The position numbers and the translations under genes were made by a program. From NCBI GenBank assembly GCA_977016875.1, contig CDRNST010000114.1, positions 310,001 through 374,000 of the forward strand: 64,000 nucleotides of DNA. Reading direction: 5' to 3'. This DNA comes from Pavona decussata. Its lineage: Eukaryota. The notes beneath the pieces are model-generated. The model searched no databases. It saw nothing but the letters and a program-made list of their open reading frames with translations, and was not told where the DNA came from. This document shows, in pieces, positions 10,738-24,959 of this stretch (its first letter is position 1; each line of letters starts with the position of its first letter).

Positions 10738-13700
10738 TGCTAGGGAAAACTTTTGTTTGGTAGACATTTTATTTTCCTTCTGTTCTACGAGTTCAGTCAA
10801 GGCATCAAAATTGGGCTGCTCAGAAGATTGGTGAAAGTGCTGTGGTGAAGCAATCAACGAGTTGAACTTTCAATCAGACATTAGACTGGAACATGCACGA
10901 GCGGAGAGTCGAGGCTTGGCTGTCATGTTGCTTTTCCTTACAAAGGTGCAGCTCAGGGAAAGGTCTAAGCGCTGACCAGCGCGGTTCAATTTTAAATTTA
11001 CGGTGCAAATATAGGTTTTAGAATAGTTTTCCTTTCGTAATTCCTTTGCCTGAGGAAGGTTAAAAATCAAACCATTTTCCGAAATATTAATGTTATTAGC
11101 TTGTTTCTGGCACACATCTATTGCACCAACTTGCTTTGCTGTAACTTGTTCTTGGCAATCAATCAACAAACAAATCAACCAAGAGCAACATTTTGGGTGA
11201 AAGAGATCTAGAGGAATACCAACCAAGCGTAAGCAAGTGGTTGTTCATATCTGGATATATTTTATTCCAGTGTTTACAACTGTCAAATTTTACAGTTTGA
11301 AAATTAACTATAACTGAAATTTAAAAAAGTGAATGTGTTAAATATTACGTGCCACATCTTTGCTATTGAATATAAAAGAAATAGTGGTTCTGTATTTCTT
11401 CCTTAATGAGAACAGTATAAACATTACTTCTTTTATCCCAAAAATCAAAATTTAACTTTTCAAAAGGGACACGAAAATCGTTTCACCAGCTAAAAGAACT
11501 CCAACTATGGTGCAAAAACACAAGAATCCTCGACAAAAAAAAATATTCCAAGAAGAACTCTTTTTAGCAAGGCTGGGTATATCCCGTTATCTCAATTTTA
11601 TCGTTTCGAAACACAGATCAATTTTCGTAAAAGTAGAAAAATCTCAAAACTGAAAATAATGTTTCGTCGCAGAATCGTAAAGTAAACTGAGCTTGAAGGT
11701 TGCTGAAGGAGAAGAAGAGAATTCAAACTTTCATCTGTCAGTGTATCGAAATTCGTAAGACAGTGATAAACGTGACTTTCACCAGTCTTAGCGATGTCGG
11801 AAATATATGTCACTGCTCAATGAAACAAGTTCCTTTTGTTTGTCCTTAATTGATCATGTAATGTCCGCGTACGGGCTCTCTGGAAAATTCAAACGGACAT
11901 CACTTGGTTCATCAAGGATTAGAGACCTTTAGACACTAGTACGAATACGAGATTTGACTTCAAGTTTTTAGCAAAACTTTCCGGTTTATCAGTGTTAAAA
12001 ATTCTTATGGAAAACATTTATTGGCAACGCTGTTCTACGTGTTTCAGGCATCAAACTCGTGGTAGACATGTTCCGGCAACTTTCAATCGGACTTTAAACT
12101 GGAATATCTCAAGAACGGAGAGTCGAGGCGGATCACTGCTGGCTGTCATGTTGTTTTTCATTACAAAGGTGCAGCTTAAATAGGGAAAGGCCTAAGGGCT
12201 GACCTGGGTTCAATTTTAAATAAGTAGCAAATAATGAAATAGCTGGAAATTAGTTGTAAATGAGTTTTACAACAGTTTTCCTTTCGTAATCGCTTACGGT
12301 GAGGAAGGTGAAAAACCAAATCATTTTTCGAAATGTTTATTGGCTTGTTACTGGCACACATCTATTGCACCATCAAGAGCAGGCAACATCTTGGGTGAAA
12401 GAGAATAAGAGGACACCGAATAAACCCTAGCAAGTGATTGTTCATATCTGATTACAACTGTTACATTTTACATTTGAAAGAAACTAAAACTGAAATTAAG
12501 AAAGAGTTCAAATGTGTTAAATATTACGTGCCACATCTTTGCTCAGTTGAATAGAAATAGGTAATTTTAGCAAAAGCTTGAGGAATTCTGGTTCTGTATT
12601 TTTTCCTTAATGGGAACATAAACATGAGCTTTTTGTCCCAGAAATCAAAATGTAACTTTTCAAAAGGACAATAAAATTGTGTCACAAGCAAAAAGAACTC
12701 TAATAGGGACTCTCTTTAGCAAGGCTGGGTAAATCCCTTCATCTCAATTTCATTGTTTCGAAACAAAGATCAATTTTAGCAATAGATATGTAATTTCTTG
12801 GTTTCAAATCAGAAGAAAAGGCGCATAACAAAACCTTTTGTTTCCCTGCGTGGTCGCAAAATGAAGCTCGAAGATTGGTGAAGGAGAAGAAAATAATTCC
12901 AACTTTCATCTGTCATTCTACTGAAAATTGTTAAGGTTTGAATATTACTTCCACTAATCTTAGCGATGTCGGAAATATATGCTCCTGCTCGCTTAAACAA
13001 GTTTCTGCTTATCATTAATTCATCACGTAATGTCCTCATATGAGCTCAGTTCTATAATCCAATGGCGCTATTAAAATAAGTAGAGAACAATTCGTCTGAA
13101 ATTAGCTATAATTACAATTGTGTATACCCCAAAATACGAAAGAAGCCTGATTTTATTATGTTCTTTTGGTTCAATCTTTTTGTTACTTATCACGGCTTTC
13201 AATTGACAACATTTTTTATTTGGATTCTAGTAAGAGAGAATTTTGAGTTCTACAGTTGCATGCAAAACCAAAGTTCGCGATGATGTTTATAAGCACAAGA
13301 TGTGACTTCCAAAACTCTCTTTTATCAGTGAAAAATGCTTTGGATAGTCTGAAATGGCAGCCGTCTCCTCCCCCTAACCCACAGTTGGGTTAGGGGGAGG
13401 GAACGGTTGACACTTCATACTATGCTAGGAAAAACTTTTGTTTTGTAGACATTTTCATTTTCCTTCTTTTCTACGAGTTTAAGGCATCAAAATTGGGCTG
13501 CTCAGAAGATTGGTGAAAGCGCTGTGGTGTAGCGGTCAACGAGTTGAACTTTCAATCGGACATTAGACTAGAACATGCACGAGCGGAGAGTCGAGCTTGG
13601 CTGTCATGTTGTTTGACATTACAATTGTGCAGCTCAGGGAAAGGTCTAAGGGCTGACCAGCGCGCGAGGTTCAATTTTAAATCCACGGTAGCAAATATAG

Positions 13701-15143
13701 GTTTTAGAACAGTTTTCCTTTCGTAATTCCTTTGCCTGAGGAAGGTTAAAAGACAAACCATTTTCCGAAATATTAATGTTATCGGCTTGTTTCTGGTACA
13801 CAATCTATTGCACCAACTTGCTTTGTTGTAACTTGTTCTTGGCAATCAATCAACAAATAAATCAACGAAGAGCAACATTTTGGGTGAAAGAGATCTAGGG
13901 GAATACCGAGCAAACCTAAGCAAGTGGTTCTTCGTACCTGGATATATTTTATTCCTGTGTTTACAACTGTTACATTTTATAGTTTGAAAGAAACTAAAAC
14001 TGAAATTTAAAAAAGTGAATGTGTTAAATATCATTACGTGCCACATCTTTGCTATTGAATATAAAAGGAATTGTGGTTTTGTATTTTTTTCGTCAATGCG
14101 AACATAAACATGACCTTTTTTATCCCAGAAATCAAAATGTTACTTTTCTAAAAGGACAAGAAAATCGTTACAGCAGCTAAAAGAACTCCAATTATGGTGC
14201 AAAAACTCAAGACTCCTAAAAAAAAGATTATTCAAATAAGAACTCTCTTTAGCAAGGCTGGAAAAATCCCTTTATCTCAATTTAATCGTTTCCGGACACA
14301 GACCAATTTTCGTAAAAGAGATATGTTTTCTTGGTCTCAAAATACTAGAAAAAGCTCAAAACTGAAAATAATGTTTCATTGCGGAATCGTAAAAAAAAGC
14401 TCGAAGGTTGTTGAAGGAGAATAAGATAATTCGAATTTTTTATCTGTCATTCTATCGAAATTCGTACGACAGTGATTAGTTTGAACGTGACTTTCACCAG
14501 TCTTAGCGATGGCGGAATTATATGCCACTGCTCGATGAAACAAGTTCCTTTTGTTTGTCCTTAATTGTCCATGTAATGTCCGCATGTGAGCTCTCTGGAA
14601 AATTCGAGCGGACATCACTTGCTTCATCAAGGATTAGAGACCTTTAGACCGGCTAGTACGAATACGAGATTTGACTTCAAGTTTTTAGCAAAACTTTCTT
14701 TTATCAGTGTTAAAAATTCTTATGGTAAATATTTATTGGCAACTCTGTTCTACGTGTTCCAGGCATCAAACTCGTGGTAAACATGTTCATGTAATTTCAA
14801 TCGGACTTTAAACTGGAATATCTCACGAACGGAGAGTCGAGGCGGATCACTGCTGGCTGTCATGTTGTTTTTCATTACAAAGGTGCAGCTTAATTAGGGA
14901 AAGACCTAAGGGCTGACAAGGGTTCAATTTTAAATCAGTAGCAAATAATAAGCTAGCTTAAAATTAACTGTGAATGAGATTTACAACAGTTTTTCTTTCG
15001 TAATCCCTTACAGCGAGGAAGATGAAAAACCAAACCAATTTTCGAAATGTTTATTGGCTTCTTACTGGCACACGTCTATTCCACCATCTTGCTTTGCTGT
15101 AACTTGTTCTTGGCAATCAATCAACAAATCAATCAATCGATCG

Positions 15144-15179
<36 letters not shown>

Positions 15180-15769
15180 CATTTTGGGTGAAAGGGATCG
15201 AGGGGAATACCAACCAAGCGTAAGCAAGTGGTTGTTCATATCTGGGCATATTTATCATGATTACAACTGTTACATTTTACAGTTTGAAAGGAACTAAAAC
15301 TAAAATTAAGAAACGAGTTCAAATTAGTTAAATTTTACGTGCCACATCTTTGCTCAGTTGAATAGAAATAGGTAATTTTAGCAAAAGCTCGAGAAATTGT
15401 GGTTCTGTATTTTTTCCTCAATGGGAACATAAACATAAACTTTTTACCCCAGAAATCAAAACGTAACTTTTCAAAAAGGACAATAAAATCGTGTCACAAG
15501 CTAAAAGAACTCTAACTATGATGTAAAAACTTTAAGACAAGACTAATAGGGACTCTCTTTAGCAAGGCTGGGTAAATCCCTTTATCTCAATTTCATCGTT
15601 CCGAAACAAAGATCAATTTTGGCAAAATAGATATGTAATTCCTTGGTTTCAAAGCAGAAGAAAAGGCGCAAAAAAAAAAACTTTTGTTTTCCTGCGTAAT
15701 CGTAAAATGAAGCTCGAAGATTGGTGAAGGAGAAGAAAATAATTCCAACTGTTATTCATTGAAAATTGT

Positions 15770-16933
15770 CAGGGCCGTACATAGCGCGGGGGCAGAGGGG
15801 GCAGCTGCCCCCGCCAGGAAAACTCAATTTGTTTTTAACATCACACTGATCACAAGAAAATCGACTAATTGACTGAAAAAATATCCCTTCAATGTGAATT
15901 CCAAATAGTTATTTTGGAAAATCTTTTGAGGCAAAATCCAGTACCGGTTTTCTTATGAAAATAATGATTTTGTCAGTTTGGGCTGCCTATGGTTTAGAAT
16001 TTGGTGTGTAAATAAAGACTGACAAGCCTACGCCACTTTCTGGCGCGTGTTTAAGCCCTTTTAAATCTAGCTTACACAAGTTTTTTAATTTTTTCAGAGA
16101 TAAATTGGTTTTAAAAGCCTGCGCTGCTCACAAGTATTTGTAGCGGGTTTGAATTTAACCATCATATGTTCATCATCCGACAGATCATTTGCGCCTAATG
16201 ATTTTTGAGTTTCCTCTTTTGAATTCTCTTTGTTTTGAATATGACCTCTTATTCCGTATGTTCAACGACGGTGTTTTTATGCCACATAGGGCATTTCAGC
16301 TGGGTTTGGCTTGGCTCTTTTAAGTGCTTGATAGTTTTAACTGCCTTTCTTGTTGAGATTTGGCAATATTAGGACAGAAATTAATCATTGCTTGTATCAT
16401 GCAATGAGCTTCATTCTGTAATTGTTGCAATGCCGGGCCCGGCTATTAGTGTTTGTCACAAGGAGTTGCCGGTTTCTTGGCGCGGCTATTTGGTTTTTTG
16501 GTTCTCTATATAATCGTTGTAGCGTGTTATAGAGCTATGCAACGTGTCACAGTAACACTGAAAAGGCTTGAATTGTATTTAAATAACGACTGTGTTTTTG
16601 CAAATGCTTCGCTCCACTGATATAGTGCGTTTGAATTGTGTAAGCTCAGTGATTTTCTCCCTTTGTTTACAGCAGTGCATCGACTGTGTTTTAAAAAGAG
16701 AGACAATATTTGCTTCAAGCTAAACAAGACGTTAACTCCATAAAAAGTCATGAAAATTTAAAACAAAAAGCATCGGTGTTTTTTTTTTCTCTAAACGTCG
16801 TAGAGGCAACTTTCTGCGTACGAGTGAAAACAAAATTAATGTCCAATTAGAAACCCTGTCTGCATACGGTAGACCCCTGTGAGGGGTGTGCGGAGTTTGC
16901 CCCCACAGACAAAAAATCCTAGGTACGGCCCTG
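15770..16933. mobile_element. 1164-bp non-autonomous DNA transposon with a 15-bp TIR and 5-bp TSD (hAT5-like)
   Basis: TIR CAGGGCCGTAC(A/C)TAG; TSD ATTGT at 15765-15769 and 16934-16938; the empty site is preserved in the sister copy at 12927-12931. Confidence 0.9.
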
Positions 16934-17273
16934 ATTGTTAAGGTTTGAATATTACTTCCACTAATCTTAGCGATGTCGGAAATATATGCCCCTGCTTATC
17001 ATTAATTCATAATGTAATGTCATCATATGGGCTCATGCAGTTCTATAATCCAAGCGCGCCAAATAAGTAGAGAACAATTCGTCTGAAATTAGTTATAATT
17101 ACAATTGCGTATACCCCAAAATACGAAAGAATCCTGATTTTATTATGTTTGTTTGTTTCCATCTTTTCTACTGCGAGTGAAAGCTGGATATCATGGTCAA
17201 CGCAAAACGGGTTAAGTAAGATAAAGACAAGAAAATGGGTATTACTAGAAGAAGTAGTAGCCAAAGAGATAAT

Positions 17274-17637
17274 AGAGACCTTTAGATTCTAGTACGAGTA
17301 CGAGTACGACTACGAGATTTGACTTCGAGTTTTTAGCGAAGTACTAAGAACTGATATATCACAGAAAGTTTCATTTCACTCTTTACGAACGACGAACTTG
17401 ACGCAGTTGGTTTGAATGATGATAGTTAAGCCTTTTCGTGTTTCCAAAAAGACGAGATCCCCTACGTTTCGACGACTCGTTTTCGCCACCACGAGATTCT
17501 TACAAAAACTCGTAGTAAAATGACGACAGCTATCTCGTTTTCCCGCCAAAATGACACTGGTTCACGCGCGTGCACTCTTTGTTTATTGGAGAAACTCGTA
17601 GTCGTACTCGTACTCGTACTAGAATCTAAAGGTCTCT
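17274..17637. mobile_element. MITE with ~42-bp TIR and AAT TSD (PIF/Harbinger-like)
   Basis: AGAGACCTTTAGATTCTAGTACGAGTACGAGTACGACTACGAG at both ends, with AAT flanks. Fragments of the same end lie inside the tandem unit at ~11920 and ~14635. Confidence 0.85.
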
Positions 17638-18969
17638 AATGAGATAATCGGTATTACTAAAAAAAGAGCCCTAAGTTTGATGTCAAGAGAAGCTAAATTT
17701 CTTGCATCCATTTGATGCATTACGCGCACGGGAAAGCCACTTTTGAAAAGTGTTTAGTAGTTTTCACTCATCACTTTCTAAAACCATGCTTCTCTCCTAG
17801 AATTCCAAGATACTTTAAATAGTATGGAGCTCTTCTCTAAAACAGAGGAATTTGGTTCAGAAGTTAAAAAAATAAAGAAAGAATGAAAGATTTTAAGTCT
17901 GGCGAAATTATCAATTGCACAGCGGCACATACTAAACAAACATACTAGTAATAGAGTCATGAAATTTATTAGCCTGTGTACAGCCGCCCCCTCCCCCCAG
18001 GATGTACACAGGCTAGAAAGTTTACGTACTCAGTGGACCGTATTTTAGTCCTTGCTGCATGGAACGATCCCGGTTCATAGAACTTTTACGTGGCGTTCTT
18101 GGTAGGGCCGTGGCCACCTTGGCGATACACGTATTTTTTACAGCTGTGTATCGATCGTCTTCCGTGTATTTGTTTGTGATTATTTTAACTGTATGTTATT
18201 TTATCCATTTGTAATTATATCAATCTTCTCACCGTTTCTATTACTTCTAGAATCCATTTATGTAACAGCACTATATATAATGAGTAAGCCTTATTCTATA
18301 AACCCTATGGTTTCTCCTAAATATTCTTTACGCTTGGTATTTCTGATAACTTGTGTTTGATGAAATCTATCAATCAATGAACTTCATTTTCAGGGATTTT
18401 CCCTTGTAAATTGGAAGGGGCGGGAAAAGAGCCTGGTATCGGCTGGTCACGTGCTCGCCGTAAAAAATCGGAGACGGCTAATTTATGCAACCCGCTAATC
18501 TATCCCGTTGTTGTTCAATTTTAGCGGGTTATTGACATGGCGCAGTCAAGTACAAAAAAGATTCGCACTCGCAGTCCAGTCAGACCAGTCAGTGTTTCGG
18601 CTTTTGTGGCGGTGCGCACAAAAGTCGTAATAAAACAGGAATCGACAAGGACTTTCATCTTGCTTGTGGAATTGCGCTGAAATGAAGATGATTGCCTTCC
18701 AAACAACAAGAAGCCGAGAAGTTGTTCAAGAGGCAGTTACGGCCCATGCAAAATCGGATTTGTTGATTCAAATACACGGTCACAAACTTCGCATACATTC
18801 TCTAAAATGAAATCGAAGCCGGATGCCCTCAAAGCTTGCAAAGCAATTATGGATGGTTTTCTTAGCGGATACATGTGTTGGGAGTGTGCAGTGGTTGTAA
18901 AATTCAACGGAATGTCGGCCGGAATGTCGGAATATCATGAAAAATAGTTGCGGCCGAAGGGGAAATTAA

Positions 18970-19342
18970 GGGGCTGTTTACATGGAGGGAAGAAGATCCT
19001 AGCACTAGGAAGATCCTAGAAGGCGGATCATCCTAGCGCCATATGTTTTCTGTATTCAGTTTACATGCAAAACGTTGTACTTGGCCCTAGTGCTAGGAAC
19101 TTCCTAGAGATAGGATCTTCCTAGCTGAGAGATAGGAAGATCCTAGTACAGGAACAACAAAGGACAAAATTATGGCGGCAGCCGAGCGTTCAGCTGCTAA
19201 AGGCCGACAATTTTTCTTCTTTTCCTTCTCCACTTAGTAAACACTCCGACTGAAATTTCTGCATGTAAACCAAACGAATGTTTCTTCGCCTTCTAGGATC
19301 TTCATTGTGCTAGGATCTTCCTCCCTCCATGTAAACAGCCCC
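18970..19342. mobile_element. MITE (GGGGCTGTTTACATGGAGGGA TIR, TWA flanks), PIF/Harbinger-like
   Basis: 21-bp perfect TIR; internal AAGATCCTAG subrepeats. Confidence 0.85.
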
Positions 19343-20154
19343 TTAGTTCTTCCTGTCTTCTCCTGCCTAATTCACGGATTTATTACATTTTGCAATTTGA
19401 TTTCGCTTTATATAATTTTTATGTACTCAGTTTGTTCCGTGTGTACAGAAATTTCGGGAAGATTTCCTCATAGCTACTGCATAAATTATCTATACAGGCT
19501 TTGTTGTCGGTTTCGTTCAATACTTTCTTGTTTTTAAAACTCCGCTGGCCGTGTTGTGAGTGTACCACTTTTCATGTTGTGAGAGCATCGCTTCTCGGTC
19601 CTGGATCTATCCCCATCCCCCCGGGAGATACAAAATAGGAATCGCTCCATCTTTTTATGCTTATGCCTTGTTTTCGTTGTGCGTGTAAAGTCAGGGTGTT
19701 TATGCTTGCGTCGCACTGGTTTACACGTGGGTCTCCTCTGTATACGCTTGTGTAGCAAGACTGTGAAATGATTGTATTGCATTGGAACCTTGTCTTTTCC
19801 TTGTCATCGATGGTTTGGTCTTCGCAAATGGTCTTGAAAAAGTATAATTATTTTTCTTCCTTCTAGGGGAAGCATACACGAGTACAGATGCGTTTTAAAA
19901 AACATCTCCCTGCAACTTTTGTGACCCTTCCTTAACTGATTCGTTATTTGCTGTTTTTAATTTGCAAATGACGGCAATCTTTTCGATAAAATAATCTAAG
20001 CTCATTTTACATGGAAATTTATCCAGGATATACAATAACTTTCTCTTTGATGTGCAACTAAGCAAAGGCGCGTGAAATATTTGGCGTGATTAGCAGTGAT
20101 TGGTTTCAGTTACTAATTCATATTCATAACTAATTTTGCAAGCCTCGCAAATTT

Positions 20155-20690
20155 ATACAATACAATACAATATTTATTTTGCCATATACACAACATTTAC
20201 AGATGGAAAAAAAATCAAGAAAATTGATGAAAGAGAATAAATGGCGAGAAAACGTGAAAGAAACCACGAGGCTTATAACAAGTCAGGCTTCCTCACTTAA
20301 AATAACTACTCTTATATTAGAATTACAATATGGATTTATGGTAATTAACTTTGACCGCGCACACACACATATTAAGTAAGTTAGTTAAGAATTACAGCCT
20401 TACAGAAGTTAATACCTGGAGAGAAGAAATTCTTTAAGCTTTCTTTTAAAAGAAGCGGAGGACGGAGAACTAGCTATTTCATTAAATTTTGGACCTTGCA
20501 GTGGCAAGCGGAAGGACTGAGCATTCCTAGTATTATAATTATGGATTTGACTATTCAGTAAAAAAAAAGTTATTGAATTTGGAAGGAAGTGTAGAGTTCT
20601 TGAATGAAAACAAAAAAATACCTAATTAAAACGAATGGATATCATGAAATTTTAAGAGTTTATGTTCCTTAAAAATAGGGCCAGTCAACC
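20155..20690 (-). mobile_element. 3' end of a CR1/L2-type LINE
   Basis: Degenerate minus-strand translation PIFKEHKLLKFHDI...LPSKFNNFFLLNSQIHNYNTRNAQSFRLP...QGPKF...SFKRKLKEFL, followed by a 3' UTR and a (TATTG)n tail. Confidence 0.7.
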
Positions 20691-21034
20691 TTTCGAAACC
20701 TTGGTTGAACTGTCGTCTTGAAATTAAAAGCGGAAAATGGTAAATTTGGAAGGAATTTACGAAGGAAAGAAGTTTGCACAAACGTAGCAGGTAAGCGCTG
20801 CTTTGAAAATATTACTGGCTTACTGTGGTCAGTACCTTTTTAGCTGACTTTGAAAACACGTGCGCTTGCTTGTTATTCGCTCAAAGCAGGTTACTTGGAA
20901 ACTTGCATGTAGCCTAACTTCTGCTCTGTAAAATCCACTGCTGTCTTAAAATATAATACGACTTTTGTGAATTCTAGTTATCTCAGCATTTGAAAGAATA
21001 TTGAGACTGTTCTTCTAAGTCAGAATTGTAGTGC

Positions 21035-22670
21035 TGATGAGCTGTACTTTGATGTTTTGTTGTTTATTGGGAGGTGGTTCTAACCTTTGAGTCTGTAGAT
21101 AAAATCATCCTAAAGTGTGGCCAATCAAATGAAAGCTTCTGAAAAATACTTTCCGTTGGTGCTGTTTATTATGCTGTACAAGATGGTTCTAACTTTTGAG
21201 TCTGTGGATAAAATCCTAAAGTGCACCATTTAAATGAAACCTTCTATGGTGATGCTTAGTTCTGTGTATGAAAATCCCTATATATGATCATTCAAATGAA
21301 AGCTACTGAGCAGTACGTTTCTTTGGTTCTGATGATTGTGCGATACAAGATGGTCCTGCTTTCGAGTCTGTGGATAGAATCCTAAAGCCTGACCGACCAC
21401 CAAAGCTGAGAAGCACTTCGCAGTGCGGTACTGTTTAAATTATTCTGTACAAGGTCCTAAAGAGGTTAAGTTTATTTCTCAGTACAAGGTGATTCGAACT
21501 TTTCGGTCTGTGTATAAAATTTTAATGTGTGACCAATCAAATGAAAGCTACTGAGCAGAACTTTCCTGTGGTGCTGTTTCTTATGCTGTACAACGTGGTT
21601 CACTTTTGTTTCTGAGCATGAAATTCTAAAGTGTGAACGTTTAAATGAAAGCTACTGAGCAGTACTTTCCTTTGGTGCTGTTTATTATGCTGTACAAGGT
21701 GGTTCTAACTTTGAAGTCTGTGGGTGGAATTTTAACATGCAACCATTCAAATGAAAGCTACTGAGAGGTACGTTGCTCTGGTGTTTGTTTATTATTATAC
21801 GTCATTAATTTTCCTGGGGCCCGTTTCTCGAAAGTCACTTAATTATCCTGAATAAGGTGGGTATAGCTTTCATGCCCGTGGCTGAATTCCTAAAGCGTGA
21901 CCCAAGTTTAAATGTATAGGCTTTGAAGAAACAGTACTTACTTTCCTGTGGTGCTGTACATTACTGCTTTACAAGGTGGTTCTGTATATGAAATCCAAAA
22001 ATGTAAGTAAAAGTTCTTTTCTATGTATCTATGGTACTGGCCCCAGTTAGTCAAAGGCCGGATAACTTTATCCGCTGGATAAAGCACTATACAGGGTATA
22101 CAATATACCTCACGTTAAACGTTGTCGTACACTCCCAAACTTAACTCTGGTTAGAGTGTGCATATTCGCTTGTACAAGAGAAAATACTGAAATCTTTGCA
22201 CAGATTGAAACTGTTGGATAGTGACTTACCCACAGGATAAAGTTATCCGGCCTTTGAACAACTGGCCCCTGTTTGTTATGCTCTTCTTATCAATAAAGGG
22301 CAAAATTACTGAGCGCTGATTGGTTGAGAGAGAGGGCATTTTTTCTTAATCGAGGGCATTTTTAATAATCAAGAGAGGGCATGATTACCTGTTAATGATT
22401 GGTTAATCCGTTGCATAGCAACCGTTCGTTATCGAGTCGCGAAGTTTTGGAAAATTTTGAAAACTCTCGTGCAATTAATCCTTAATAGTACTTGGCCTCG
22501 TGTGATTACCTATACAAAGCGGTTCTACCTATTGGTCTTGTGTATACAATCCTGAAGGCTGCCGAGCATAACGTTACTGTGGTGCTGCTTCTTTTGCTGT
22601 ACATGATTGTTCTAACTTTTGAATCAGTTCTAGATGAAATGTTCAATGACCTTCAGTAAAAATAGCTATT
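21035..22670. repeat. Degenerate ~105-bp satellite (TCAAATGAAAGCTACTGAGCAGTACTTTCCTGTGGTGCTGTTTATTATGCTGTACAAGG...), interrupted by insertions
   Basis: Unit visible at ~21125, 21231, 21292, 21537, 21641 and 21747, with remnants to ~22670. Confidence 0.85.
22040..22268. mobile_element. MITE inserted in the satellite, CTG TSD
   Basis: CCAGTT..TCAAAGGCCGGATAACTTTATCC inverted ends; CTG on both sides restores the satellite phase GGTACTGTTT. Confidence 0.8.
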
Positions 22671-23093
22671 GGAAATTTATTGTAAATCGAGTACTACTAG
22701 AAGAAAACAAGACAACAAAGTAGAGAGTAATGTTGATACCTTCGGTGTAACAAATGCTGACTTTTTCCACGTCGAATTTCCAACCACGCCATGTTTGCAT
22801 CCTTCGGTCCAAGTACAGTCAAGCTTGCTCAAGGTGTGTACAAAATACAAGTCTGCTGTAATTCCATAATGTCCTTCCATGTTGTTATAGACGGACCATT
22901 CCATGGCATAAACTTGGTGAATATTTTGTCTAGGAAACAACTATAACAACATATTTAGGCTTCACCGTCGCTCGTCCTGCTGTAAAGTTCCTTGTGGTAA
23001 TAGGTGAGAGAAAAAGACGAATAATTTAGCATTAATCTACAATTCAAATGTGCTCTCTCCAAGTCGAATTCCCCAGCGCTTTTTTTTTTTGAA

Positions 23094-23402
23094 AGGCCCG
23101 TTTAAACGGTTTCAACATTTGCCCAACATTCGTTCAACAAAAGTTGAACGGATGTTGGACAAAGGTTGAAGAACGGAGTGTTCAAACGGCTTCAACGCCA
23201 TTCAACATTTTCGAGAAAAAAGGAAATGTTGTATGAAATCAATGTTGAATGAAAGTTTAAACCGATTTAAATTTGAGTCAACACGCTTTCAACATTTTTT
23301 ACGCTTTCAATGTTGAAAGACCGGTTTAAACGTCCCCAAATTTGGTTCACCAAGGTGTTGAACGCATGTTGAACCAAATGTTGAAACCGTTTCAACGGGC
23401 CT
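23094..23402. mobile_element. MITE (AGGCCCGTT.AAACGGTTTCAACATTTG TIR)
   Basis: Inverted termini and internal TTCAACA/TGTTGAA subrepeats. Confidence 0.8.
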
Positions 23403-24581
23403 TTAGATGCAAATTCGAAGATACCATAAAGCTAAGGGAAAAATAAAGGAAAGGAAATGCGACCTGTGTAAACCTGAGGTTACATCTAAAGCCCAGAACA
23501 TCTAAACACCCAAAGCCCAGTCAAAATCATAATTTTGGAATAGTGTTATTCGCCGAGGAAGTTTTATGCTTGACAAGTTCTGGTTTGTAATTTTGACTTG
23601 TTCGCGTGTAAAGGTTTGCCAACCTTTTGGTGAACGTCTTCAAAAACTGGATCATCAGTCTTCTAACAACAAGACTTGTCGAAGAGAAAATTGACAAATT
23701 CTGTCTTACACACAAAATTAAACTTTTCTAATTCAAATGTAGACCTTCCCAGGAAAATGTCCTCGTGTACAACCAGTCTTAGTGTCCGACGTACACCCTG
23801 TTTTTTTTTTTTTTTTATAAGAACGTCTAACGTCTTGGGTTGGGTTCAGTCTGGGCTTTGATCGATTTCATGCTTGCGGTTAGACGCTGATAAATTGCCG
23901 AATGGGAACGGTAAACCTTTACCCTATTTGATGAGAAACACTGATAAACGTAAACATGAATGACACGAATCATGAAATGTTTTCGGTAATTCTGCCGCTT
24001 TTATTACAACCTCCACCTCAAATAGGTTTAGTAATTCAGCATGAATTTATTTCAAGAAGAGAACGTCGACGCCGACAACAAATACACTTTTTCCAGAGCT
24101 TCCAGTTTTTCGTTTTATATTTAAGAACACGCAGACTCGTTGTTCGCCATCATGGACGAACTTGGGATTTACCGCGCGACTACAAAACTGGCTTCAGCGA
24201 CCCCTGAACGATAGGGTTCTGGACCACTGGTGGAAAGAGTGAGCCATGTTTTGATTGTTGTCGAGCTTGAAATACAGTGGCGGGTACGATTTGACCTTAC
24301 GATGAACTCAGCACGTAAACAACACGTGATTTTTAGTGTTTGGTACATTTCACTTTCTCGTGATTGGTTGAGCCGCTTTGGGTTCTTACTAACCCATAGA
24401 ACGGTACCTCGGGAAATGTAATGGGAAATTCTTTTGTTCTTTTTGACGTATCCATGGAAATTTCCCGAAGGCAATTTCACTCTGGGAAAATCGGTTACAC
24501 ACAAAAAGTTGCTTCCCCGTGGGCAACAGCTAATTAATTACCCAAGGGACCCAAGGGAAAAATGGCTAGTGTAACCGCACC

Positions 24582-24582
<1 letters not shown>

Positions 24583-24667
<85 letters not shown>
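24583..24667. repeat. (TTA)n microsatellite
   Basis: Direct reading. Confidence 0.95.
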
Positions 24668-24959
24668 GCGTTCTGATCCAGGTAATTCAATACTAACCGG
24701 TAATTAACTTCGCAAATTATCAGATGAAGATTCCGATCCTTTCTATCAAAAGCGACAACTTTCTTAAGGCATATATGCAAATCAAATTTACCGAAACGTC
24801 AGTGCAAACGCACATATTGAAAGATGTTCATTCAGTTGACCTTCGGCAGTGACAGGAACGGCTGGCTCAGGTGTTACACCATTCTTCGCCGTATGATACA
24901 CAATCTGCTGAAATACACCGCAAAGCTTTTCGATGCCATACGGTGGTTAATGTTAGACC

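Larger units (their letters stand above)
10497..17170. repeat. Higher-order tandem duplication: two ~2.7-kb copies (10497-13178, 13179-17170), each made of two diverged ~1.2-kb subunits
   Basis: TTTGTTACTTATCACGGCTTTCAATTGA at 10497 and 13179; subunit landmarks such as TTACGTGCCACATCTTTGCT at ~11345, 12523, 14034 and 15335. Confidence 0.9.

Noticed and set aside
10870-14630. Recurrent short ORFs in the tandem units (AYISDIAK, RLSARACSSLMSD)
   Set aside because: Frames are not preserved between copies; the similarity is explained by DNA duplication.
21035-22670. Possible CRISPR-like array
   Set aside because: Continuous degenerate satellite without unique spacers, in a eukaryotic context with no cas genes.
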